DNA of 64,000 nucleotides from positions 2,627 through 66,626 of the forward strand of contig CAMKTJ010000011.1 of NCBI GenBank assembly GCA_946415645.1. Reading direction: 5' to 3'. Source of the stretch: an uncultured Prevotellaceae bacterium (lineage in GTDB: Bacteria > Bacteroidota > Bacteroidia > Bacteroidales > Bacteroidaceae). Position numbers and translations under genes: made by a program. The notes beneath the pieces were generated by a model, which did not search any database, was not told the origin of the DNA, and worked only from the letters and a program-made list of their open reading frames with translations. This document shows positions 55,909 through 63,575 of this stretch, one piece after another. Numbering within the stretch: position 1 is the first letter of the stretch; each line of letters begins with the position of its first letter.

Positions 55909-57027
55909 TCAGACCTTCAAGAACACTTTCTTCTTATACATAAAATACATGAAGAGCCAGAGCACCAGCATGTAGCCAAGGGTTTCTGCCACATCATAGT
56001 ACTGCTCAGGCAGGAGGCTGTAAACACCCTCGAAGAGACGACGGTTCAGCTTGGAGAAGTCGATGAAACGGGGCGCCATGTAGATGAGGATGGAGTTCAT
56101 ACCAATCACCTTGAAGTACAGATCCCACTTCTTCCACCCACGTACATCTATTATATAATAGAACAGGGCGAACATGATGAGCGAGTAACCAGCCACAGCC
56201 AGCACGAAGGAACTGCTCCAGAGCGCCTTGTTGATGGGATAGAAGGTGTTCCATCCTGCACCCAGCAGGGCACTTACCACGCCAGCCACAAAGAGCGTGA
56301 GAGCCGTCCGTGAGGTGGCCTTGGAGCGCTGGATGAACATGCCCGTCAGCATACCTAACATAGCCGTGCAGATGGCAGGGAGGGTAGAGAGCAGGCCCTC
56401 GGGGTCGTAATCTTCCTTATAACAATGGGCACCCAAGAGGGTACGATCGATGTAGCAGGCAATGTTGCCCTCGCGTGTCAGAGGGTCGATAGAGGGGTCA
56501 ACGCCAGGCGCATGCACGAAGGCGGAAACCAACCAGTAGCCTATCAGAATGACGGGAACAATCGCTACCTTAGGCCACAATTTCTTACCCGTAGCCGTAA
56601 AGATGAAGGCGGCAAACATCCAAGCCAAACCGATGCGACCCAATACGCTAGGCCAACGGAGTGTCTCAAACTCGAACTTCAGGAAGCCGCTGCAGATAAG
56701 ACCCAGAAAGACCAGTGTAAGGCCACGGCGCAGAATCTTCAGGTAGATGCTGGTCATACTCTTGCCTTTCTCCTGCTGCTTCTGCAACGAGAAGGGGAAG
56801 CTGATACCTGCTATGAAGAGGAACAAGGGGAAAATAGTGTCGTGATGCACCAATCCGTCCCAGGGAACATGCTCCATCTGCGCCCCAACAGCCTGCCATG
56901 CTGCCGAATCGGGGAACAAAGCGGCAATGGCGGCAATCAGCGTAGCGCCACCGGTAATGAAAAACATGTCGAATCCTCTGAGGGCATCCAACGACTCCAA
57001 TCTCTTGTTTTCTGCTTTCGTTTCCAT
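55909..57027 (-). CDS. membrane acyltransferase (DUF5009 / HGSNAT-like)
   Basis: RLESLDALRGFDMFFI N-terminal motif and about 10 TM segments. Confidence 0.75.
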   Translation of the reverse strand: METKAENKRLESLDALRGFDMFFITGGATLIAAIAALFPDSAAWQAVGAQMEHVPWDGLVHHDTIFPLFLFIAGISFPFSLQKQQEKGKSMTSIYLKILRRGLTLVFLGLICSGFLKFEFETLRWPSVLGRIGLAWMFAAFIFTATGKKLWPKVAIVPVILIGYWLVSAFVHAPGVDPSIDPLTREGNIACYIDRTLLGAHCYKEDYDPEGLLSTLPAICTAMLGMLTGMFIQRSKATSRTALTLFVAGVVSALLGAGWNTFYPINKALWSSSFVLAVAGYSLIMFALFYYIIDVRGWKKWDLYFKVIGMNSILIYMAPRFIDFSKLNRRLFEGVYSLLPEQYYDVAETLGYMLVLWLFMYFMYKKKVFLKV

Positions 57028-57049
57028 TGTATTAACGATTTAATGGCTA

Positions 57050-57057
57050 CAAATGTA
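57050..57057 (-). promoter_or_regulatory. candidate -7 box (TAnnTTTG)
   Basis: TACATTTG on the minus strand, 22 nt upstream of ATG 57027. Confidence 0.5.
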
Positions 57058-57337
57058 CAAAATTTCTCTTTTTCCAACGCCAGAAAAGCACAAAATTTCA
57101 CCTTCCGCACCTTCATTCTTTTACTTCTTCTTTTCATTACAAAAAGAAAAATCATTACACAAAAAACACCCCCAATCAGGTAGCGAAAACGCCCCTACGA
57201 GGCAGAATTTGTTCCCTAACTAGGGAATTATTGCGCCCTAGTGTAGTAACAATTGTCACTATTAGTAGTAGCAAAATGGCGTGTTTTACGGGCGCAATGA
57301 GAGGTTGGAAAAATCGAGACATCGCAAGAGAAAGAAT

Positions 57338-57539
57338 GTGATTTTGTGACTGTGACTTTGTGACATTTAGTATGTACCATACACCACAAAAGCACAGGCA
57401 CAGAGAGGCACACAGCTGAGGAATAACAAAGTAATTATTTAATATATATTAATATATTTATCTCCCCTATCCCCCTTTGCTCCTCACCTTGCACATACGG
57501 TAGTACCTTAATGTCACAAAGTCACAGTCACAAAGTCAC
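57338..57539. repeat. 29-bp inverted repeat pair (28/29 match) built of GTGAC heptamers, separated by 144 bp
   Basis: Left arm GTGATTTTGTGACTGTGACTTTGTGACAT (57338-57366). Right arm ATGTCACAAAGTCACAGTCACAAAGTCAC (57511-57539). Confidence 0.9.
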
Positions 57540-57614
57540 GTATTACGTAGGCCTTGTGAATATAACTTTATGAAATTTAGGTGCTTCGTTAATACAACGA
57601 GCCAGAATTATTGC

Positions 57615-57622
57615 TATCTTTG
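57615..57622 (+). promoter_or_regulatory. candidate -7 box (TAnnTTTG)
   Basis: TATCTTTG, 22 nt upstream of ATG 57645. Confidence 0.5.
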
Positions 57623-57644
57623 CATCATCAAAAACCATTAAACT

Positions 57645-58610
57645 ATGCAATATCTGATTCGTCTGAGCCGCTGGCTTGCCAGCAATGCCTCTCTGTTTAT
57701 CATCGCCATTGCCGTGCTGACATTCTTTGTACCTGATCTCTTTGTGTGGGTAAGAGGTACCACACAGACCGTGATTCTGGGTATTATCATGCTGACAATG
57801 GGTCTGACGCTTACCACGGACGACTTCCGCATCCTTGCCCGTCGCCCCCTGGATATACTGATTGGTGCCTGTGCGCAGTTCTTCATCATGCCCTGCGTGG
57901 CTTACGTGCTGGTGAAGGTTTTCAACTTAGAGCCTGCTTTGGCATTGGGCATCCTGCTGGTTGGATGCTGTCCGGGTGGTGTAAGCAGCAACATCATGTC
58001 GTACCTCTGTCATGGCGATGTAGCCTTCTCTGTGGGCATGACCTGCGCCTCTACCCTACTGGCCCCTGTAATGACCCCCTTGCTGATGCAACTGACCGCT
58101 GGCGAGATTATTGAGATTGACGCCATTGGGATGTTCCTGAATATCCTGATAGTTACCATCATTCCCGTTGGAATCGGTTGTTTCCTGAACTATACCTATT
58201 CCAAGAGCAAGCACTTCCCCACCATACAGAGCCTGATGCCAGGACTGAGCGTAATCTGCCTGGCATGCATAGTAGGTGGCGTTATCAGTACGGTTCACGA
58301 CAGCCTGATAGCACGTGGCCTCTGGCTGTTCCTATGGACCTTTGCCGTGGTCTTCTGCCACAACACACTGGGATATGTGCTGGGATATACAGCAGGCAAG
58401 ATTTCTGGCTTCAACAAGGCCAAGAAGCGCACCATCAGCATAGAGGTGGGCATGCAGAATGCAGGTCTGGCCACGGTCTTAGCAGGCAACTTCTTTGCCG
58501 CTCAGCCCCTTGCTGTTCTGCCTTGCGCCATCAGTTGTGCCTGGCATAGCATCAGCGGCACCATCCTGGCAGGCCTTTTCCTGAGATTCGACAAGAAACA
58601 TGCAGCATAA
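57645..58610 (+). CDS. bile acid:sodium symporter (BASS) family transporter
   Basis: GILLVGCCPGGVSSNIMSYL signature in a multi-TM 321-aa protein. Confidence 0.85.
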   Translation: MQYLIRLSRWLASNASLFIIAIAVLTFFVPDLFVWVRGTTQTVILGIIMLTMGLTLTTDDFRILARRPLDILIGACAQFFIMPCVAYVLVKVFNLEPALALGILLVGCCPGGVSSNIMSYLCHGDVAFSVGMTCASTLLAPVMTPLLMQLTAGEIIEIDAIGMFLNILIVTIIPVGIGCFLNYTYSKSKHFPTIQSLMPGLSVICLACIVGGVISTVHDSLIARGLWLFLWTFAVVFCHNTLGYVLGYTAGKISGFNKAKKRTISIEVGMQNAGLATVLAGNFFAAQPLAVLPCAISCAWHSISGTILAGLFLRFDKKHAA

Positions 58611-58614
58611 TTTC

Positions 58615-58737
58615 TTAGGGGCAAGGGGCAAGTGATTAGGGGCAAGAGGATAGTTCTACACATGCCCTTAATCTCTTAAACCCTTTAAGCTTTGACTCGG
58701 TTATCTATTCTCTTGCTCCTTGCCCCTTGCCCCTTAA
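58615..58737. repeat. inverted (AGGGGCA)n / (TGCCCCT)n arrays forming a long hairpin after the BASS gene
   Basis: TTAGGGGCAAGGGGCAAG (58615-58632) pairs with CTTGCCCCTTGCCCCTTAA (58719-58737) with one bulge. Confidence 0.85.
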
Positions 58738-58761
58738 TAAATAATGTATGCAGAAAGAAAA

Positions 58762-58856
58762 TTTATTGTTTTTCGATAAATTTTTATTGAAAAATTTTGC
58801 GCGTATTGAAAATCTACATACTTTTGTGCAGAAAATATTTATCGATTAACAATAAA
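58762..58856 (+). promoter_or_regulatory. candidate promoter-operator of the DUF2975/HTH cassette: a 20-bp inverted repeat pair bracketing a -7 box
   Basis: TTTATTGTTTTTCGATAAAT (58762-58781) versus ATTTATCGATTAACAATAAA (58837-58856), 17/20 complementary. TACTTTTG at 58819-58826 lies between the arms, 38 nt upstream of ATG 58865. Confidence 0.45.
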
Positions 58857-58864
58857 ATAAACTA

Positions 58865-59350
58865 ATGGTTATGAAAAAGAGACTGAATTTTTTGTGTACT
58901 ATAATGTTGCTGTTAATAATAGCAGAGATAGTACTGGCATTTAAGGGCACGGTGTTTGATAGTTATGGAAAAATTGCAATCCCATGGGATAATTCGGAAT
59001 TTCGTATTTTTATAATTGTGTTTATAGTATTATGCATAGTACTTCTGTATCCTGCAATACGTTCTATGGTATCATTTATCCGGTTCATTTTAAATGTAAA
59101 CCGTGATAAGGTATTTGTAAAGGAGAATATTCCTCTCCTGCGTTGGTCGGGATGGGGACTCTTATATGCTATTATTATTGAATTCCCTGCCATTCTGATA
59201 AATCAGAAAATGGAGAATAAGCCTGTAAGCCTCACTTCAGCTTTTGAACAAAAATATGATGCTATTTTACTTGCCGTCCTGCTTCTGATAATAGCAGAAG
59301 TATTTGTCATAGGCATCAAACTAAGAGAGGAACAGGAATTGACCATCTAA
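58865..59350 (+). CDS. DUF2975-like multi-pass membrane protein (paralog 1)
   Basis: About 4 TM segments. VFVKENIPLLR and the C-terminal ..REEQELTI tail match my memory of DUF2975. Confidence 0.7.
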   Translation: MVMKKRLNFLCTIMLLLIIAEIVLAFKGTVFDSYGKIAIPWDNSEFRIFIIVFIVLCIVLLYPAIRSMVSFIRFILNVNRDKVFVKENIPLLRWSGWGLLYAIIIEFPAILINQKMENKPVSLTSAFEQKYDAILLAVLLLIIAEVFVIGIKLREEQELTI

Positions 59351-59368
59351 AGGAAAGGAGAAAGTGTT

Positions 59369-60064
59369 ATGAAAAGGAAATTGAAGATTTATTCAGCATT
59401 GCTGTTTATCGTTCTGCTGGTAAAGGTATTTGGAAATACATTAAGCTATAGATACAGCGAATGGTCAACAGACCCCATAAAGGAGCTCAGCATAGGCCCT
59501 TTGCCTGATGATTTTGCAACCACAAAGGAAGTAAAGGGAGGAGTAGCCACATATTTCAAGCCTACTTTGTCGCTTGACGTAAAGGTGAATGCCTGTGAGA
59601 TTGCGCCTGGCAAGTATCTGGTATGCAACGCAGGGGAGAAATCCTGTCGCTTGGACATCCAGAAAGCCAAAGTCAGTATCCCCGTAGAACGTTTAAAGGG
59701 AACATTCCTGTTTTACTATGTAACCGCTAATGGATTGTTTATCATAGTTTTGGGTATATTTCTGCTGGTAATAGCGTTCAAGATTATCCGCTCGGTATAT
59801 CGTGGAGAGGTCTTTGTCAGCAAGGTATCACGTCAGATGGAAACAGCCGGCATAGTGATGGTTGTCATTCAGCTGATTTATAGCACAGCCTCGTATTTTG
59901 CAACGCAACTGCTCCTTAAACATGTTGATATTGCCTACCTCAACATCAGTATGGATGACACCAAAATCAGCTACTTCATCATCTTAGGCCTTATTCTGAT
60001 GATATTCTCACAAATCATCCTGATGGGTAAAGATTTGAAGGAGGAACAGGAATTGACCATCTAA
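59369..60064 (+). CDS. DUF2975-like membrane protein (paralog 2, with ~110-aa extracytoplasmic N-domain)
   Basis: It carries the same C-terminal ..KEEQELTI tail. AAGGAG lies 8 nt before the ATG. Confidence 0.7.
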   Translation: MKRKLKIYSALLFIVLLVKVFGNTLSYRYSEWSTDPIKELSIGPLPDDFATTKEVKGGVATYFKPTLSLDVKVNACEIAPGKYLVCNAGEKSCRLDIQKAKVSIPVERLKGTFLFYYVTANGLFIIVLGIFLLVIAFKIIRSVYRGEVFVSKVSRQMETAGIVMVVIQLIYSTASYFATQLLLKHVDIAYLNISMDDTKISYFIILGLILMIFSQIILMGKDLKEEQELTI

Positions 60065-60082
60065 AGTAAAGGAGAGAAGATT

Positions 60083-60289
60083 ATGAGTATAGTAGTTAAT
60101 GTTGACGTTATGATGGCAAAAAGGAAGATGTCTTCCCAGGAGCTGGCAGAGAAGATTGGCATTACGCAAGCCAACCTCTCCATCCTGAAGACGGGGAAGG
60201 CTAAGGCCGTCCGCTTCTCCACCTTAGAGGCCATCTGCCAAGTGCTGGATTGCCAGCCAGGCGATATATTGGAGTATAAAGAAGATTAA
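60083..60289 (+). CDS. small Cro/C1 (XRE)-type HTH transcriptional regulator, YozG-like
   Basis: 68 aa, MSSQELAEKIGITQANLSILKTGKAKAVRFSTLEAICQVLDCQPGDIL. Confidence 0.85.
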   Translation: MSIVVNVDVMMAKRKMSSQELAEKIGITQANLSILKTGKAKAVRFSTLEAICQVLDCQPGDILEYKED

Positions 60290-60300
60290 AATAAGGTAAA

Positions 60301-61344
60301 ATGAAAAAGATTTGTTTACTGACATTGTCCACCCTGATGGCTATGACGGGCTGGGCACAAGAGAACAACTACACCATCAAGGCCGACGTCTCAGACCTTA
60401 TCAAATATTACGAGGGACAGGAGAAGGAGCTCAGCGACAGCATCTATCTGCTGGACATCACTACCCAAAAGCCCGTCACAGAGAAGATAGCCCTGAAGGA
60501 CCCTACAAAGATAGAGCTTAGCGGCTACGTGGACAGCCCCAAGATTATCCACATGATAGTGTTTCAGACGTTTGAGGGATGGACAAGGAATCTGTTCGTC
60601 CCCTTGTTTCTGGAGCCTGGCAACATTGTTGTAGATGCCAAGGCAGAATCGCCTTATGTGGAGGGAACGCCACTGAACAATGCATTCTTCCCCTGTAACC
60701 GTAAGATTAGAGAGGCTATCAAGAATGGCGAACCCGAACTGGCTCTCCAGTATAGTGTAGATTACGTACTGGAACACAGTAAAGACCTTTCTGCCGTACT
60801 GATGCTGTATAGTATGAAAAACAAGACGGATGAAGATGCAAAGCAATTGCTGAACCTGATAGCACAATGTGGTGAGAGTGTACGTCAGCACCCCCTTATC
60901 GTTTCTCTCTTCAAGAGGCTGAACCATCCCTTGGTGGGGGATATGTTCAAGGACTTTGCCGTGGAGTATGAGGGCAAGACAACCCGCCTGAGCGACTATG
61001 TAGGCAAGGGTAAATATGTGTTGGTGGACTTCTGGGCCTCGTGGTGCGGTCCCTGTCGTGCAGAGATTCCTAACCTTATCAAGGTCTATGAGCAGTACAA
61101 GGAGAAAGGCCTTGTTGTGCTGGGAGTAGCCGTAAATGATAAGCCAGAGGATACCCTGAAGGCCATAGAGAAGGATAAGATTACCTATCCGCAGATTCTA
61201 AACTCACAAGACATAGCAGCCGAGACGTACGATTTCAACTCCATCCCCACCATCATCTTGTTTGACCCTGATGGCAAAATTGTAGCTCGTGAACTCAGAG
61301 GTAATGATATCAACAAGAAGATGGCAGAAATATTCGGAGAATAA
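60301..61344 (+). CDS. TlpA-family thiol:disulfide oxidoreductase (secreted)
   Basis: Signal peptide and YVLVDFWASWCGPCRAEIPNL in the C-terminal thioredoxin domain. Confidence 0.9.
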   Translation: MKKICLLTLSTLMAMTGWAQENNYTIKADVSDLIKYYEGQEKELSDSIYLLDITTQKPVTEKIALKDPTKIELSGYVDSPKIIHMIVFQTFEGWTRNLFVPLFLEPGNIVVDAKAESPYVEGTPLNNAFFPCNRKIREAIKNGEPELALQYSVDYVLEHSKDLSAVLMLYSMKNKTDEDAKQLLNLIAQCGESVRQHPLIVSLFKRLNHPLVGDMFKDFAVEYEGKTTRLSDYVGKGKYVLVDFWASWCGPCRAEIPNLIKVYEQYKEKGLVVLGVAVNDKPEDTLKAIEKDKITYPQILNSQDIAAETYDFNSIPTIILFDPDGKIVARELRGNDINKKMAEIFGE

Positions 61345-61366
61345 TTGAGCCTTTAGCATACGAAAA

Positions 61367-61392
61367 CAGCCCAGGGAGAAATCCTTGGGCTG
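61367..61392. terminator. bidirectional terminator between tlpA-like and dcp
   Basis: CAGCCCAGGG-AGAAAT-CCTTGGGCTG followed by CTTTGTTT. Confidence 0.8.
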
Positions 61393-61421
61393 CTTTGTTT
61401 CTGAAATGACCGTTGTGCTGA

Positions 61422-63557
61422 TTACAAGCCGCGAGCCCTAAGGAGGCTTGAGGCATCGGGCTGCTGCATACCCGTGAAGTCGGTAAACATCTGCATGAGG
61501 TCGCCCGTATTACCACGACTCAGAATCTTATCGCAGAAATCCTGACCCGTTTCGGGCTTCAGGGCACCTCGTTGTGCAAAGACATCAGCCACGTTGACGG
61601 CCAGCACCTCTGTCCACAGATAGCTGTAATATCCTGCAGCATACCCTCCACCCCAAACATGATTGAAATAGCTGGTGAAGTAACGGGGAGGAATCTGAGC
61701 ATCTAACAGACCTACCTGACGGAGTGCTTCCCTCTCGAAGGCAGGAGCCTCCTCGGCTGTCGGAATCTGATTAGGTGAAAGCATGTGCCAAGCCAAATCG
61801 ACACAAGTGGCAGCCAGATTCTCGCCAAGGGCGTATGCCGACTGGAAGTTGATACTCTTGAGCATGCGTTCCTTCAGTTCAGCAGGCATAGGTTCGTTCG
61901 TCTTGTAGTGGCGTGCATAGTGGTCGAAGACCTCTGGGATGGTAGCAAACGACTCGTTGAACTGCGAAGGAAGCTCCACAAAATCACGAGCCACGCTGGT
62001 GCCGCTCAGGCTGTTATACTGGCAATCAGAGAGTATTCCGTGCAAGGCATGTCCGAACTCGTGGAACATGGTGGTAACCTCGTCCCAAGTGAGCAAAGAA
62101 GGCTGGCCCTCTGGAGCCTTGGCGCTGTTGCATACATTGAAGATAATGGGCAGCTGATGGCGCTGACGACTCTGCTTCTGGAAAGCATCCATCCAGGCTC
62201 CACCGCGTTTGGTGGGACGACGGTAGTAGTCGCAATAGAAGAGCGCCTTGGGGTTGCCCTCCTTATCGATTACCTCGAAAACCCTCATATCAGGATTGTA
62301 TGTGGGGATATCGAAACGCTCCTTGAAGGTCAGGCCATAAGCTTTGTTTGCGGCATAGAAGACTCCGTTGGAGAGCACGCTATCGACATTGAAATAAGGC
62401 TTTACCTCATCCTCAGAGATATCCAAAAGTTCCTTCTTCATCTTAGCTGAATAATAGAAGCGGTCATAGGGCTGCAACTGGAAATCGGCACCCTGAGTCT
62501 TACGCGCAAATGCCTCGATGGTCTCTGTCTCTGCCTGTGCCTTTGGTTTATACTGGCTAATCAGGTTTCTGAGGAAGGCATAGACATTGTCTGGGGTCTT
62601 AGCCATTGTATTCTCCAACGAATAGGAAGCGTAGTTGGGATAGCCCATAATCTCGGCTTGCTCGGCACGCAGTTTAGCTATCTCCACAACAATGGAGAAG
62701 GAGTTATGCTTGCCTGTCCCGTCTGCACGGTGGATAGAGGCCTCATAGACCTTCTTACGCAGCTCACGATTATCCAGATTGGTCAGCAGAGCCTGCTGGG
62801 TGGTATTGACGATAACAATAGCATAGGGAGCCTTTCCTCCCCTACTCTCTGCATCCTTCTGGCACTGGGCAATATCAGCATCACTCAAACCTGCAAGGTC
62901 CTCCTTCTTATCTACCCACACCACAGCATCGTTGGTGGCTTCAGGAACTACATCGCCCCACTGGGTCTGAAGCTCGGAGATGCGAAGGTTAATCTCCTTC
63001 ATACGAGCCATCTTATCGTCGGGCAGCAAGGCTCCGCTGCGAACGAAGCGTTTGTAGGTTTCCTCCAGAAGCTTTTTGTCTTCTCCCTGCAAGGATTCGT
63101 AATCACGATCATAAACCTGACGGACGCGCGCAAAGAGTTCCTTGTTGAAAGTTATCTCGTTCCCAAGGTCTGTAAGCATGGGTTGAACCTTCTTCTCTAT
63201 CTCGCCAATCTCAGGCGTCTTATCGGCCTCAACAAGGGCGAAGAACACATTGGTCACACGGTCGAGTGTGCGTCCGCTCTCCTCAAGGGAAAGGATGGTA
63301 TTCCCGAATGTTGCAGAATCAGTATTCTCAACAATCTGGGCAATCTCCTCGCGTGTCTGCTGAATGGCAGCCTCGAAGGCAGGCAGATAGTCGGAAGTCT
63401 GAATCTTACTGAAGTCAGGAGCCCCAAAGGGCAGCGAGCTCTCCTGCAAGAGAGGGTTCTCGCGCTGGGATTCCTTGCAACTGGTCAGTTGCACTAAAGC
63501 TGTTGACAGCATAGCTGCTGAAATTCCAATAGTCATGATTTTCTTGTTCATATTCAC
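61422..63557 (-). CDS. dcp: M3-family peptidyl-dipeptidase (Dcp-like) lipoprotein
   Basis: HEFGHALHG zinc motif, 711 aa, lipobox LTSC. Confidence 0.9.
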   Translation of the reverse strand: MNMNKKIMTIGISAAMLSTALVQLTSCKESQRENPLLQESSLPFGAPDFSKIQTSDYLPAFEAAIQQTREEIAQIVENTDSATFGNTILSLEESGRTLDRVTNVFFALVEADKTPEIGEIEKKVQPMLTDLGNEITFNKELFARVRQVYDRDYESLQGEDKKLLEETYKRFVRSGALLPDDKMARMKEINLRISELQTQWGDVVPEATNDAVVWVDKKEDLAGLSDADIAQCQKDAESRGGKAPYAIVIVNTTQQALLTNLDNRELRKKVYEASIHRADGTGKHNSFSIVVEIAKLRAEQAEIMGYPNYASYSLENTMAKTPDNVYAFLRNLISQYKPKAQAETETIEAFARKTQGADFQLQPYDRFYYSAKMKKELLDISEDEVKPYFNVDSVLSNGVFYAANKAYGLTFKERFDIPTYNPDMRVFEVIDKEGNPKALFYCDYYRRPTKRGGAWMDAFQKQSRQRHQLPIIFNVCNSAKAPEGQPSLLTWDEVTTMFHEFGHALHGILSDCQYNSLSGTSVARDFVELPSQFNESFATIPEVFDHYARHYKTNEPMPAELKERMLKSINFQSAYALGENLAATCVDLAWHMLSPNQIPTAEEAPAFEREALRQVGLLDAQIPPRYFTSYFNHVWGGGYAAGYYSYLWTEVLAVNVADVFAQRGALKPETGQDFCDKILSRGNTGDLMQMFTDFTGMQQPDASSLLRARGL

Positions 63558-63575
63558 GATCTTTAGTTGTAATGG

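Noticed and set aside
57228-57413. A 61-aa ORF (minus strand) in the large intergenic region.
   Set aside because: It has an odd Cys/His/Thr-rich composition, overlaps the left inverted-repeat arm and the 9-bp stem region, and has no promoter box or start context. It is most likely a chance ORF.
57338-57539. A Bacteroides-style invertible promoter (phase-variable switch) between the 29-bp inverted repeats.
   Set aside because: I could find no TAnnTTTG box on either strand of the enclosed 144 bp, and no invertase gene is adjacent. The BASS gene also has its own box outside the element at 57615. The element is reported as a structural finding instead.
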